In this document: piece by piece, positions 1 through 11,664 of the stretch
Position numbering within the stretch: position 1 is the first letter of the stretch
How the letters are laid out: the number at the start of each line of letters is the position of its first letter
From: Cyanophyceae cyanobacterium
GTDB lineage: Bacteria; Cyanobacteriota; Cyanobacteriia; Cyanobacteriales; Laspinemataceae
Assembly: GCA_038321985.1 (NCBI GenBank)
Contig: JBBQFN010000002.1
Coordinates: 224,001 to 288,000 of the forward strand
Direction: 5' to 3'
DNA length: 64,000 nt
Notes under the pieces: generated by a model
Databases searched by the model: none
The model's input: only the letters and a program-made list of their open reading frames with translations
Told to the model about the DNA's origin: nothing
Position numbers and translations under genes: made by a program

Positions 1-303
1 GACGTGACTGTGAGCATCGCTGATATTTCCGTACAACCGACCGTCGGAACGTTCGATGCATTCGATAATTCCTTGAGAAGAGAGGGCTTCTAGGTTCTGG
101 TAAACGGAGGTATGTCCGATCGCTTTACCCCCTCGATTCAGGCGATCGTAAATTTCTCTAGCGCAAAGATGCTCTTGCTCGCTCCACAGCAACTCCAGGA
201 TGAAGCGGCGCTGTCGCGATAGTCGCATTCCCAAACTCTGACAACGATTAAGGGCATCTTCTAAGGAACGAATGGGTTTAACGGATACTACCTGGTTTTT
301 CAT
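1..303 (-). CDS. perR: Fur-family transcriptional regulator, PerR/FurC type (5' part only; runs off the window edge)
   Basis: Not in the ORF track. Manual translation from ATG at 303: MKNQVVSVKPIRSLEDALNRCQSLGMRLSRQRRFILELLWSEQEHLCAREIYDRLNRGGKAIGHTSVYQNLEALSSQGIIECIERSDGRLYGNISDAHSHV. This is a Fur winged helix with the features of the cyanobacterial PerR/FurC group. Confidence 0.85.
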   Translation of the reverse strand, partial: MKNQVVSVKPIRSLEDALNRCQSLGMRLSRQRRFILELLWSEQEHLCAREIYDRLNRGGKAIGHTSVYQNLEALSSQGIIECIERSDGRLYGNISDAHSHV

Positions 304-710
304 AGTTTTGTGTGGAGGCATTCATTTAATGGCACAATTAATTAAGGATGTATCCTTTCCGCTTTAAGGGTTATAGCGGTTTTCACCGAACCCGGAAGTC
401 CGTGCTTGGGGTGAGGCAAATCGGCTAGCATTTTGCTTTCTTGGAGGGGGCGCGGTACTCATACTGTTGACGGGTTTGAGATAATTCTATCGTAGGCTTA
501 CTTTAGTCAGTGGGCGATCGCCTGGAGTTTCATCGCTCTGTACTGAATTTGTGGGCTGTTTTCCTCTGCTTATTCTGCACAAAATAGCCCTCTTGTCTCC
601 ATCGCCTCCTTTGACTCCCACAACCCGGCCCGGATTCTGTACAATAGGTTACCGATAAACCGATCTATCAAAGTTTTCTGATTTTAGTTTTACCTCCTGC
701 CCGAGTTTTC

Positions 711-1196
711 ATGACAATTACAATCGCTCTCAATTCAGACGCTTTGCTTAATTTAGACCTGTCTCCCGCCCGGTCTGCGATCAACAAATTACCGCCTACT
801 CAACGCTTCACTGACCCGAATCTGTCCTTGCAATTTGAAATTGATTATCCCCGCGATCCGTCTGACCCCCGCGAACTTTCGGAAATTCCTGAAGTCCGTC
901 TATGGTTTATCCGTTTAGATGCGATTTATCCCTGGTTGCCTTTGTTACTTGATCGCCAATCGGGCGAACTCGCTCGTTATGTGGCAATGTTGGTCCCTCA
1001 TGAGTTTAATCGCACGGAGGGAATTCAATACAACCCAGAAGCGTTGGAAATTTTTTTGATGAACAAAATTTTTACCCTCGCTTCACTGTTGCAGGAACAG
1101 GGCATACCCAGCAAGTCTAAGCTAGTTGCTCTGTCTCAGATGCTCGGTTATGAACTCGATGATGGCTTTTTTGAGCTGATCGGGATTCAATCTTAA
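711..1196 (+). CDS. crr6: CRR6 family NDH-1 (NdhI) maturation factor, DUF1817
   Basis: Motifs DPRELSEIPEVRLWFIRLDAIYPWLP and AMLVPHEF..EGIQYNPEALEIF. Confidence 0.85.
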   Translation: MTITIALNSDALLNLDLSPARSAINKLPPTQRFTDPNLSLQFEIDYPRDPSDPRELSEIPEVRLWFIRLDAIYPWLPLLLDRQSGELARYVAMLVPHEFNRTEGIQYNPEALEIFLMNKIFTLASLLQEQGIPSKSKLVALSQMLGYELDDGFFELIGIQS

Positions 1197-2048
1197 CCGT
1201 TTTATCCCGACCGGCCTACACCCGGTTATCCAATGCTCTCTTCAGGGAGTGCCCCTCACCAAAGTCAGTCCCAACCCATCCTAAAACCCGAAAATAGTCT
1301 CTTTTCCCGGAATCTGTTTTTCTTCGGACCACCCCAGGTTCCGACTCCGGGGAAACGGTACTGAAAAACTCCCTGAACGACATCCCTTCGGTAAGTTACC
1401 GCGATCGCCCTTCTTAAATATCATAAAAACTGACCCCAGTTTCATTCCCAAAATCATCCCCCTGGCTAGCTTAATCAAACCCTGCGCTGACCCTGGGAGA
1501 GGTTCACCCGAGGCAATAAATTCTCAACCAAATCGCCTAACTTTTTCTCTGCTCCATCCCCGAATAAATTATAAGGAGAATGAGAGAAAAATCAAGGCGG
1601 CTAGAAGCATTGCTCCCGCGCACTCCCCGCTTCTGAGTAGAAAAATAACCGACACAAACTCAATTCAATTTTTCCATTTTTTCCATCTAGAGGCATAGAG
1701 CAAATTCGTTAACTTTATGACTAAATGTAGGGGAGAAAGAAGACTTTTAGTGATATGCTCGGCGGGAAGTTGAAGACCGCGAACGAGTGGGGTAACTCTC
1801 TAGAGATAAGGCCCTTTTAGGGGCGTCAGAGACCATTCTCGGAACTATCCTAAAGGCAATTTACTTTAGGGAGCAAGTGCGAGGTGACAAGCATCTGGAC
1901 CTTTTTCTGCCCCCAAGCCGGAAGGAATTTCCGGGGCCAACTCGCTCCCAAGTCAAGGCGATCGCCTAGCTGGATCTATCCCATCCCTGAGAGATCGTTC
2001 TCTAACTATAAACAAAGAGTGGATAATTGAGGGCCTTTTAATATAGTT

Positions 2049-2630
2049 ATGCCTCTTTTTCAATCCAAACTAACCAGGTTGTGTATGTTAAATAGTGAAC
2101 GGGTTATCTATCGCCAAACTATCATGAATAACCGGAATCCTATGAAAGAAGCCATTACTATGACCGTCCTGCTACTGGCTTCCGTATCTATAGCAATTCC
2201 AGTGGTAGCCGAACCTAATGCTACCGACCTTCAACAGTTAAGAAAGACAAATATCTGTCCCCGCTGTAATCTTAATGGCGCTGACTTGAGTAATATAGAC
2301 TTAACAGGTGCCAACTTAACCAATGCCAACTTGATTGGTGCCAACCTTAGTGGCACAAACTTAAGCACAGCAGATTTAAAAGGTGCAGACTTGACGGGTG
2401 CTAATTTTCAGATGGCTAATCTATCCGAGGCTAATTTGAATGCGGCCAATTTAAGTACCGCCAATCTTCTGGGAAGTGTGCTTTTAGATGCCAACCTCAA
2501 CGCTGCCGATTTGAGTAAGGCAAATTTTTATGGTGCGGACTTAAGGCGGGCAAATTTCCACGATGCCAATCTCCATGATATAAATTTATTTGGGGCGAAT
2601 GTAGAAGGCGCTAGAGGTCTAAGGCCCTAA
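2049..2630 (+). CDS. Secreted or lumenal pentapeptide repeat protein
   Basis: A(D/N)LxxA(N/D)L repeats after CPRC. Signal-peptide-like segment VLLLASVSIAIPVVA. The real start is probably downstream (about 2142-2160). Confidence 0.85.
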   Translation: MPLFQSKLTRLCMLNSERVIYRQTIMNNRNPMKEAITMTVLLLASVSIAIPVVAEPNATDLQQLRKTNICPRCNLNGADLSNIDLTGANLTNANLIGANLSGTNLSTADLKGADLTGANFQMANLSEANLNAANLSTANLLGSVLLDANLNAADLSKANFYGADLRRANFHDANLHDINLFGANVEGARGLRP

Positions 2631-3375
2631 GCTGGTAGAATTTCACAGTCCATTTTTGCGATGGAGGAGTCTCGAAAATGGGTAGAGTGGTTCGCCAACT
2701 CTCTTTGATAGGTTAGAGCTTTTCAGTATATAAGGGATGGTCCAAAAGAGGGAAGGATCAGGACGGCGATCGAGAGATAGCCTGATGAAAACTATGATTT
2801 ACAGGGAGAGTAAGATAAGATTTTATCCCAAGGGCGCACTGTTTGCGATCGCGTTTTAGAACCGACAGGGCGATCTCGAATATATCTTTATCTCTTTATT
2901 ATACTTGAAATTTTATATAAAATACTAAATATATCTAATTGTATTCCCGTGCGTCGTAGAACTCCGAGGGTATCTTTCACTCAGACTAAGCATAATCACA
3001 AAAGAAGTCACAAGAGTAGAGCCAGCATTTGTCAAACCTTACCATCCCGAGTTAGGGGAATTACCTCACATTTCACCCTCGAATTTGTCGTTTTCCAGGA
3101 ACTTCCCGGAAACTACCGATACATATCCTTTAGGCGCAGCACCCTATCAAATAGAACCGTTTCACGGTCAACAACCGGCAAATTTGAGCTTACGGCTATA
3201 GGAACAAAGCCCCCTCCCCAGAAAATTTAAAAAAACCTACAGCCCATGCAGGATAGACGACACAAACGGTAGCTCCTCATTTACGGCGTTAACCTAAAAT
3301 AGGTCTTTGACAACTGGATTGGGGATCAGTCAGTTGTTGGGTTCTTGATTATTAAATTTTCATCGCCACAGAAAA

Positions 3376-3423
3376 GCGGAAGCCACTCTCTACCTTTTGT
3401 GGTTAGTATAGAGTGACTTCCGC
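3376..3423 (-). terminator. Hairpin terminator downstream of acnB
   Basis: Imperfect inverted repeat GCGGAAGCCACTCT...AGAGTGACTTCCGC, followed by a T-run on the minus strand. Confidence 0.6.
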
Positions 3424-3488
3424 CTCAGCAAATAGTCTGGACTCTTCAGTACCTACTACATCTCTAAATTAGTGTTAGCTTCGGTTAT

Positions 3489-6098
3489 TTATTTACCCGC
3501 GCCGACGGGCATTCCCAAAATATCCTCTATTCGGGGCAATTCTTCTAAGGGTATCACTCGACCTTCATCCTCAAACCCTTGGATTTGGTCGAAGTTCAAA
3601 TACCGATACAAATCATCGGCAAACGGATTAATTTTCTGAGCGACTATTTCCTGGTATTCTTCAACGGTGGGAATCCGTCCTAGCAGCGCACAAACTGCGG
3701 CTAATTCGGCTGAACCGAGATAAACTCGGGCATCTTTGCCCATGCGATTATTAAAGTTGCGCGTGGAGGTAGAAAACACCGTTGCTCCATCCTCGACTCG
3801 GGCTTGATTACCCATGCACAGACTGCAACCTGGCATTTCGGTTCGGGCATTTGCCGCCTCGAAAATCTCGTAAATTCCCTCGGCTTTTAACTGTTCTTCA
3901 TCCATGCGGGTAGGGGGACAAATCCACAGTCGCACTTTCACTAATCCTGCCCCTTCTAATACCTTGGCAGCGGCACGGTAGTGTCCGATATTGGTCATGC
4001 AAGACCCAATGAAAACTTCATCAATTTTATCGCCCGCACATTCAGACATTAATTTAATGTTGTCCGGGTCATTGGGTGCGGCAACGATGGGTTCTTTAAT
4101 CTCGTTCAAGTTAATTTCTAGGGTTTCCACATATTCTGCATCGGTATCGGCAGACAGGAGTTGTGGATTCTCTAACCATTGCTCCATTTTAGCAACCCGA
4201 CGCAGAATAGTGCGGGCATCTTGATAACCTCGGGCGGCCATGTTTTTTAACAGGGTGACGTTCGATCGCAGGTATTCAGCGACAGTTTCCTCGCTCAGTT
4301 TAATGGTAGACCCGGCACAAGAGCGTTCGGCAGTGGCGTCGGTGAGTTCAAAGGCTTGTTCTACTTTCAAATCCGGCAAGCCTTCCATTTCCATAATCCG
4401 CCCCGAAAAGACATTCTTTTTGTTTTGCTTCTCAACGGTGAGCAATCCTTTTTGCATGGCGACGTAAGGAATGGCATTAACGATATCACGCAAGGTGACA
4501 CCGGGTTGCAACTCCCCTTTGAAGCGCACTAATACCGATTCCGGCATATCTAAAGGCATGACCCCCAATGCAGAGGCAAAGGCAACTAAGCCAGAACCGG
4601 CAGGGAAGGAGATGCCGAGGGGAAAGCGGGTGTGAGAGTCGCCGCCGGTCCCGACGGTATCAGGTAATAGCATCCGGTTTAACCAGGAGTGGATGATGCC
4701 GTCTCCCGGACGTAAGGCGACGCCGCCCCGGGTGGAAAAGAAGTCGGGGAGTTCTTTGTGAGTGGTAATATCGACAGGTTTGGGATAGGCGGCGGTATGA
4801 CAAAAACTCTGCATGACTAAATCGGCAGAGAAGCCGAGACAGGCGAGTTCTTTGAGTTCGTCCCGGGTCATGGGTCCGGTGGTATCCTGGGAACCTACGG
4901 TGGTCATCAGGGGTTCACAGGCGGTGCCAGGACGCACCCCGGAAACACCGCAGGCTTGTCCGACCATTTTTTGGGCGAGGGTAAAGCCTTTGCCGGTGTC
5001 GGTGGGGATTTCGGGACGGGTGAAGATGGGGCTAATTTCAAGTCCGATCGCGTTGCGGGTTTTATCGGTGAGCGATCGCCCGACGATCAGGGGAATGCGT
5101 CCCCCTGCACGCACTTCATCCAGGATGGTATTCGGTTTAAGGGTGAAGGTGGAAATCACCTGTGCGGCTTCATTGGTGATTTGTCCTTTGTAAGGATGAA
5201 TCGTAATCACCATGCCAGTTTCAAGGGAAGTGACATCACATTCGATGGGCAGAGCACCGGAGTCTTCGGCGGTGTTGAAGAAGATGGGGGCGATCGCGGT
5301 GCCTAAGATATAGCCGCCTGCGCGTTTATTGGGGACACAGGGAATATCGTTGCCGATGTGCCAAAGGACGGAGTTAATAGCAGATTTACGGGAGGAACCT
5401 GTCCCCACTACATCTCCGACATAGGCGATGGGATGTCCTTTGCCCTTGAGTTCGGCGAGGGTTTCGAGCGACCCCGGCAGACGGGATTCTAACATAGCCT
5501 GGGCGTGCAGGGGAATGTCCGGGCGGGTGGTGGCCTCAGAAGCCGGGGACAAGTCGTCGGTGTTGGTTTCCCCTGGAACTTTAAAGACGCAGACGGTGAT
5601 GGTTTCTGGGACTGGAGGGCGGTTTGTAAACCATTCGGCATTTGCCCAGGAATTGATCGCCTGCCTTGCATAAGGGTTGGTTTCCGATAATTCCAGGACG
5701 TCATGCATGGCATCGAACACCAGCAGCGTGTTCTTGAGGGCATCGGCAGCCGCTTGGGCGATATCGTTGTTGTCGGATTGGAGAAGCTCGATTAAGGACT
5801 GGACGTTATAACCGCCCAACATGGTGCCGAGAAGTTCGATCGCCATCAGGGGAGAAATCAGAGGGCAAGTGACTTCTGCTTTGGCAATGGCAGTGAGGAA
5901 GGAGGCTTTGACGTAAGCAGCAGGGTCTACCCCAGGCGGGACGCGATCGCGCAGCAGTTGCAGCAGGGTTTCTTCCTCCCCGGTTGGGGGACTCTGGAGG
6001 AGTTCACAGAGTGCTGAAGTTTGCGGGGCATCTAGGGGCAGGGGCGGAATGCCTTGAGCGGCCCGTTCTGCTGCGTGTTGGCGGTAGGATTCTAGCAT
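3489..6098 (-). CDS. acnB: Aconitate hydratase B
   Basis: 869 aa. Motifs [64 protein letters not shown]. Confidence 0.98.
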   Translation of the reverse strand: MLESYRQHAAERAAQGIPPLPLDAPQTSALCELLQSPPTGEEETLLQLLRDRVPPGVDPAAYVKASFLTAIAKAEVTCPLISPLMAIELLGTMLGGYNVQSLIELLQSDNNDIAQAAADALKNTLLVFDAMHDVLELSETNPYARQAINSWANAEWFTNRPPVPETITVCVFKVPGETNTDDLSPASEATTRPDIPLHAQAMLESRLPGSLETLAELKGKGHPIAYVGDVVGTGSSRKSAINSVLWHIGNDIPCVPNKRAGGYILGTAIAPIFFNTAEDSGALPIECDVTSLETGMVITIHPYKGQITNEAAQVISTFTLKPNTILDEVRAGGRIPLIVGRSLTDKTRNAIGLEISPIFTRPEIPTDTGKGFTLAQKMVGQACGVSGVRPGTACEPLMTTVGSQDTTGPMTRDELKELACLGFSADLVMQSFCHTAAYPKPVDITTHKELPDFFSTRGGVALRPGDGIIHSWLNRMLLPDTVGTGGDSHTRFPLGISFPAGSGLVAFASALGVMPLDMPESVLVRFKGELQPGVTLRDIVNAIPYVAMQKGLLTVEKQNKKNVFSGRIMEMEGLPDLKVEQAFELTDATAERSCAGSTIKLSEETVAEYLRSNVTLLKNMAARGYQDARTILRRVAKMEQWLENPQLLSADTDAEYVETLEINLNEIKEPIVAAPNDPDNIKLMSECAGDKIDEVFIGSCMTNIGHYRAAAKVLEGAGLVKVRLWICPPTRMDEEQLKAEGIYEIFEAANARTEMPGCSLCMGNQARVEDGATVFSTSTRNFNNRMGKDARVYLGSAELAAVCALLGRIPTVEEYQEIVAQKINPFADDLYRYLNFDQIQGFEDEGRVIPLEELPRIEDILGMPVGAGK

Positions 6099-6825
6099 TG
6101 CAGGGGTCTCCTTAACGGTATCGATAAATTTTAGGGTAGTAATGGGTGGGATTCAGTAGGCACTTTGACAGGATGAGTTTCCTCAGTGGGATAATTAGGA
6201 TCAGTTTTTAGGGTTTTAGAGGGAGAGTGGGCGAGTTGCTCCCGGTTCGTCACGCTTTCCACTTCTCACTCGGGTTTTGGGTGGGTATCCTAGGCGATCG
6301 CATCCTTTCTTGCTGCTTCCTGCTGTAAAGATTTATGTACAATCATAAACTTTGTTGGATAACTCTTACAATGATTTGGATAACTTCAACATCTAGCCTA
6401 ACCTCCCGCCTTCAACCGAAGGGTTAGGAGGGTTAGCGCGGTTAGGCTCTGGAAATTTACTTTTTTTAGGACCCGATCTGTTGCGTCACGCTCCTCGTTC
6501 AGAGGTACTTAGCGCTATTTTTTCGACTCTAGGAAGTGGTGCAGGAGTTGTACCGTTGCAGCAGGATTAATCAGGGTCAGAGGCTGGCAGGGTAGCAGGT
6601 GTTCTCTCGAACAAAGCAGGTAACGATTGTATTTCCCCCCCATGAATGAGCTTACCGTTAAGTATTCGCCAAAGTTTCATCCGTAGAGCTGATGAGCTTG
6701 CCGGAATTTGAGTTAGAATTGTTTTACAAAATGGCTCCACAATATTAAGATTACTTAAAAAATGTTTAGAGAATTTTTAAGATGAGGTTGGCACGGAGTT
6801 TCCCAACCAGAGGGAAGGAGCGCGG

Positions 6826-9800
6826 ATGGGCTTAGTGGAACAGAACGAAGAGCTAAAATGGAAAGTTAATGAAGAACAGGAAAAGCAGCACTTAGAAGGC
6901 AACCGGATGCAGGAAGAAGGAACGCCGAGTTATAGCCAACCCGAGGGGTCTATTTCGGAAGATTTACCCCTAGCCTTAGAGGTTTGCGGGATAAACTGTC
7001 TGTTTGAAGCGATCACCGAACGCATCTCCTTGCCGATTGCCCTAACCCGCGCTAGTGATGGCAAAATCCTCTATGTTAATGATTGCTTTCGGGAACTTTT
7101 TGGCTTTAGAGGGACTGAGCCTATTAATAGAAACGCTGATTGTTTTTATTATAACTCAACGGAGAGAAAAAAACTGCTTGATGCGTTGCCGGATCAAGAG
7201 CCTATTAAAAACCATGAATTAATCGCTAAAAAAGCCGATGGCAATCCTTTATGGGTGACTGTATCTGTAGAGAGATTGACCGTAGGCAGCGATGTCGTAT
7301 TCTTTAAAACGTTTAAAGATATTACTGAATTCAAGCAAGTTGAGAACATCCTGGAAACCCTCGATACCGGACAAGCCCCGGTGACGGGAGAGCAGTTTTT
7401 TCCCGCGTTAGCCTCTTATCTTGGCTCCTTGTTGGGGATGCGCTATGTTTTTATTGGAGAGGTAGTCAGCCCCCGAGCTTCCTCTGTGAAAGTGCGAGCA
7501 TTCTGGGAGGGGGGCGACCTGACGGGACCCGGAGTATGGAACGGGCAGTGGTGCGAAGTGGAATATCCGATCGCCGGGACCCCGTGGGAAAAGGTTCTGC
7601 AATGTGGAACCGACTGGATTGCCGATGATTTTAAGTCCCACCTGTCTCTAAATAATCCCCTGAGTAAGCTAGACGCTTGCAGCTATTTGGGAGTCCGACT
7701 GTTGGACATGAATGGCAAGGCGATCGGGTTGATTTGCGGATTCGATAATCACCCCCTTATCGACGTTCACCGAGCACAATTAGTGTTGAGTCTCTTTGCA
7801 GGACAGGCGGCAGCAGAACTCGATCGCCAGCGAACTCAAAGAGCATTGCAACAGAGTGAAGCGAGATTGATTGGAGCTTTTAAAGCGGCCAAAATGGGAG
7901 TTTGGGAGTGGGATTTACGCGCTGGGAATGTCACCTGGTCGGATGAAGTTCATACTATTTTAGGGGTAGAAAAGGGAAGCTATATCCCCACAATTGGGAG
8001 TTATATTAAGACCATTCAACCGGAAGACCGGCCTAGAGTCCACAGAACCATTATCCAGGCGATCGCTGTTAAAACAAACTACGAAAGCGAATACAGAATC
8101 CGCCATGATCAAACTAACTCTATCCGGTGGATTGTCAGTAAAGGAGAAGTGTTATGCGACAGTACCGGCCAAGTCGTGCGCTTAATCGAAACTCTGACCG
8201 ACGTAACAGAACGCAAGCAAACTCAGGCGGCTTTAATTGAATCGGAAGCCAATTTAAGGGCAATTTTTAATTCATCAGCACAATCAATTGTGCTGATTGA
8301 TAGCAATTATAAAATTCGAGATATTAACAAAACAGCCCGAGAAACCGTAAAATATTTATGGAATAAAACTATAGCACCGGGAGACTTTGCCTATGAGTAT
8401 GTATCGCTCAATGCTTTAGAAATCTTCAATCAAAACTTTCATCAATGCCTTCAAGGCACTCCGATCCAACTCCAGCAAAAAATTCTGGGAAATACGGGAA
8501 TTGAATACTGGTTTGAAATTAACGGTCAGCCAGTTTTTGATGAAAGAAATAAAATTATTGGTCTTTGTCTGAGCGCGTTTAATATTACCGGCCAAAAAGA
8601 AGCTGTAGAGGCTCTCGCTAAAAGTGAAATACGCTTTCGGTCTTTAGTTCAAAATTCATCGGATATTATTACCATTTTAGAAGAAGATGGAACAATTCGC
8701 TATCAAAGCCCATCGGTAGAAAAAATCTTAGGCTATCACTGCGAAGATTTAGTGGGACAAAATGCTTTTAACTATGTTCACACCGAAGATAAAGAGTGGG
8801 TTTACAATCTCTTTATCCGAGCCTTGAAAGAGCCAGAAAGAGTTGTTGAAAGCGAGTTTCGTTTTCTTCATGCCAGTGGCAGATGGGTTTACTTAGAATC
8901 CGTGGGTAGCAACCTGCTTCAGGAACCGGGAGTTGAGGGATTTGTGATTAATTCCCGGGATGTAACGGAGCGGAAACAACAAGAAGAACGCCTGCGACTC
9001 TTTGAAAGAGCGATCGCCGCTAGTAGCAATGGCATCGTGATTTCTGAGTATAAAAGAGATAATGCCCTGGTTTATGTCAATCCCAGTTTTGAAAAAATGA
9101 CGGGGTATTCGTCGGCAGAGGCGATCGGACGCAACTGCCGATTTCTGCAAGGACATGATCACGAACAACCCGTATTACAAGAATTGCGAGATGCTATTCG
9201 CGCCGGACAAGACTGCAAAGTCACCTTAAGAAATTATCGCAAAGACGGTACTTTATTCTGGAACGAACTCAGTTTATCTCCTGTAGAAAACGAACGGGAG
9301 GCCATTACTCACTATATCGGCGTTCAAACCGATATCAGCGATCGCAAGCGTGCCGAAGAAGAATTAATTCATCAAGCCTATTATGACCCCTTAACTGGAC
9401 TACCTAACCGCGCTTTTTTAATGGAACGGCTGCGGGAATCCACCGCCCGAATTGCTCAACAATGCGATCGCCAATTAGCCGTGCTATTTATCGATATTGA
9501 CCGCTTTAAGCGCGTCAATGATAGCTTAGGTCATGCCGTGGGGGATATGCTATTAATTGCGATCGCCTTCCGCTTAGAACGGTGCCTACGCCCTCAAGAT
9601 AGTATTGCCCGTTTAGGCGGCGATCATTATGTCATTCTCTTAGAAGATGTCCAAGGCATTGAACAAGCCCGGGAAGTGGCTGAAAAAATTCACCAACAGC
9701 TTAGAGCACCCTTTACTTTTGAAGGACACGCCGTCTTTATTACAGTCACCATTGGCATCGCCCTCAACTCCATCGAGTATGAAATCAGCGCTGATTTACT

Positions 9801-10695
9801 CCGGAATGCGGATATTGCTATGTATCGTGCCAAAGCCGGGGGGCGCTCTCAAACTGCCGTTTTTGATAAGGCAATGCATGATCATGCCGTTCAACTATTA
9901 CAGTTAGAAAATGATTTACGGCGAGAACTCCATGAAACCGAAAGTCTCAATCAAACCTCACTCAGACTTGCCTATCAACCGATCGTTTCTTTATTTGACG
10001 GTGAAATTGTCGGATTTGAAGCCTTGCTGCGCTGGCATCACCCCCAGCGAGGCTTTATTCCCCCCAGCGAATTTATTCCCCTGGCTGAAGAAACGGGTTC
10101 AATCGTACCCCTAGGCATTTTAGTTTTACGCGAATCTTGCCGACAACTCGTGGAATGGCAAACCCTGTTTCCCTCTATCCTTCAAGAGGGAAGGCTGAAA
10201 ATTAGTGTCAATTTATCCGGCAAACAATTTCTCCAACCTGATTTAGTACAACACGTCGATCGCATCGTCCAAGAAACCCATCTCAATCCAGCTTTCTTGA
10301 AGCTAGAAATTACCGAAAGTAGTCTAGTAGAAGATACTCAAGCGGCTACACAAACCCTTTGGGAACTGAAAGAAAGAAAGATTCATTTATCCTTAGATGA
10401 CTTCGGCACGGGATATTCTTCTCTCTCCCATTTGGCTCAGTTCCCAATTGATACCTTAAAAATTGATAAATCATTTGTTCAACGAATCGGTACCGAAGGT
10501 AAAAATTTAGAAATCATTCAAGCCATTATTACTTTAGCCCATGGTTTAGGGATGGACGTAACCGCAGAAGGGGTGGAAACTGCTGAACAACTTGCTGAAC
10601 TCAAATCCCTGGGTTCTGAAGACGGTCAAGGTTATTTTTTCTCTAAGCCGTTATCGGCGGAGGATGCCACACTTTTGCTCACCCGGTCTCTCTAA
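6826..10695 (+). CDS. Multi-PAS/GAF/LOV GGDEF-EAL signalling protein (probable c-di-GMP phosphodiesterase)
   Basis: Several PAS/PAC repeats and a GAF-like segment. LOV motif GRNCRFLQG. GGDEF domain (DPLTGLPNR, DIDRFKRVNDSLGH) with the signature changed to GGDHY. EAL domain with EALLRW, DDFGTGYSSL and AEGVE. Confidence 0.92.
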   Translation: MGLVEQNEELKWKVNEEQEKQHLEGNRMQEEGTPSYSQPEGSISEDLPLALEVCGINCLFEAITERISLPIALTRASDGKILYVNDCFRELFGFRGTEPINRNADCFYYNSTERKKLLDALPDQEPIKNHELIAKKADGNPLWVTVSVERLTVGSDVVFFKTFKDITEFKQVENILETLDTGQAPVTGEQFFPALASYLGSLLGMRYVFIGEVVSPRASSVKVRAFWEGGDLTGPGVWNGQWCEVEYPIAGTPWEKVLQCGTDWIADDFKSHLSLNNPLSKLDACSYLGVRLLDMNGKAIGLICGFDNHPLIDVHRAQLVLSLFAGQAAAELDRQRTQRALQQSEARLIGAFKAAKMGVWEWDLRAGNVTWSDEVHTILGVEKGSYIPTIGSYIKTIQPEDRPRVHRTIIQAIAVKTNYESEYRIRHDQTNSIRWIVSKGEVLCDSTGQVVRLIETLTDVTERKQTQAALIESEANLRAIFNSSAQSIVLIDSNYKIRDINKTARETVKYLWNKTIAPGDFAYEYVSLNALEIFNQNFHQCLQGTPIQLQQKILGNTGIEYWFEINGQPVFDERNKIIGLCLSAFNITGQKEAVEALAKSEIRFRSLVQNSSDIITILEEDGTIRYQSPSVEKILGYHCEDLVGQNAFNYVHTEDKEWVYNLFIRALKEPERVVESEFRFLHASGRWVYLESVGSNLLQEPGVEGFVINSRDVTERKQQEERLRLFERAIAASSNGIVISEYKRDNALVYVNPSFEKMTGYSSAEAIGRNCRFLQGHDHEQPVLQELRDAIRAGQDCKVTLRNYRKDGTLFWNELSLSPVENEREAITHYIGVQTDISDRKRAEEELIHQAYYDPLTGLPNRAFLMERLRESTARIAQQCDRQLAVLFIDIDRFKRVNDSLGHAVGDMLLIAIAFRLERCLRPQDSIARLGGDHYVILLEDVQGIEQAREVAEKIHQQLRAPFTFEGHAVFITVTIGIALNSIEYEISADLLRNADIAMYRAKAGGRSQTAVFDKAMHDHAVQLLQLENDLRRELHETESLNQTSLRLAYQPIVSLFDGEIVGFEALLRWHHPQRGFIPPSEFIPLAEETGSIVPLGILVLRESCRQLVEWQTLFPSILQEGRLKISVNLSGKQFLQPDLVQHVDRIVQETHLNPAFLKLEITESSLVEDTQAATQTLWELKERKIHLSLDDFGTGYSSLSHLAQFPIDTLKIDKSFVQRIGTEGKNLEIIQAIITLAHGLGMDVTAEGVETAEQLAELKSLGSEDGQGYFFSKPLSAEDATLLLTRSL

Positions 10696-10736
10696 ATTTA
10701 GAGGTAAAAATCTATCCGTTTGAGGGTAAAAAATAA

Positions 10737-10764
10737 CAGGCGGAAGTTTAAAAACCCACCTGTC
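10737..10764. terminator. Probable bidirectional terminator between convergent genes
   Basis: ACAGGCGG...CCACCTGT stem with an A-run before and a T-run after. Confidence 0.45.
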
Positions 10765-10785
10765 ATTTTAATCCTAATCCCCTGG

Positions 10786-11664
10786 TTAACCCTGGGTTTC
10801 CATCCAAGCCAAACACTGTTGTAGTTGCTGCTGCATTTGTTCTGCATTTTCCGCGTGATACCGGCGACCGTGACCCGGAAGAACCCAGTTAAATGAGTAG
10901 TCCTGTAACTTGTACATGGATTTAACTAATTCCGGCCATGAATACCAACAGGCATCTCGAAATGCAATCAACTGATTAAGCTGCTTGGACCAGGCCAGAC
11001 AATCTCCTGTAAATAAAAAGTGGTTTTGATAGAGTAAAACCGTATGACCTTTAGTATGACCGGGAACGGGAATAATTAACATATCTGATTCCAGTTCAAC
11101 GGGTTCATAGCCTGTAAGCTGAATTTCTACATCCCGGGTCCGAGGATTGATTTCATCTTGATGTAGAATGCGATCGCAGCCAAAATGGGCAGCAAATTTC
11201 TGATGATCGGCTACATCATCCCGATGGGTCAAATAAAGATAACGTATTCCTCCCATTGATTCCAATCTCTGGACTAAAGGAGCCGAAAATCGGGGGGAAT
11301 CCACCAAAATATTGCCCTCGGGGCGCTGAATTAAATAACTGGCTGCTCCAAAAGAACTTTCAGCATGGTAGCCACAATGATAAATGTTACTCTCGATTAA
11401 AAGGGGAAAACTTTCTTGTGCTTTCTTGATATCTTTGGGCTTGTCCACCGTACCAATTGAAGCGGTGGGGCAGGCTAAAAGGGCCTGTAAAGCTCCCAAG
11501 CGTTCGGTTTCGGTTTGCGGTTGCTGATAAACTGCCGATTGCTCGTTTTCACGGTGAAAGATATCGGGAGCCATCCAGCGGCAAGTATCACAATCAATGC
11601 AGGTGGTATCAACGTAAAAATTCCCGTTAATATTTTCAGGTCGTCGCATTTTTAGATGAGCCAT
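10786..11664 (-). CDS. MBL-fold metallo-hydrolase with N-terminal ferredoxin-like domain
   Basis: CIDCDTC...CP ferredoxin motif. THRDDVADH, PGHTKGH, FTGD and LPGHG metallo-beta-lactamase motifs. Confidence 0.88.
   Translation of the reverse strand: MAHLKMRRPENINGNFYVDTTCIDCDTCRWMAPDIFHRENEQSAVYQQPQTETERLGALQALLACPTASIGTVDKPKDIKKAQESFPLLIESNIYHCGYHAESSFGAASYLIQRPEGNILVDSPRFSAPLVQRLESMGGIRYLYLTHRDDVADHQKFAAHFGCDRILHQDEINPRTRDVEIQLTGYEPVELESDMLIIPVPGHTKGHTVLLYQNHFLFTGDCLAWSKQLNQLIAFRDACWYSWPELVKSMYKLQDYSFNWVLPGHGRRYHAENAEQMQQQLQQCLAWMETQG

Noticed and set aside
2949..3230. Intergenic ORFs 2949-3230, 1281-1478 and 23243-23461
   Set aside because: No recognisable domains, atypical composition and weak starts.
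3991..5743. Numerous antisense and alternate-frame ORFs within acnB (likewise within gyrA, gnd, cta and egt genes)
   Set aside because: Shadow ORFs of well-supported genes.
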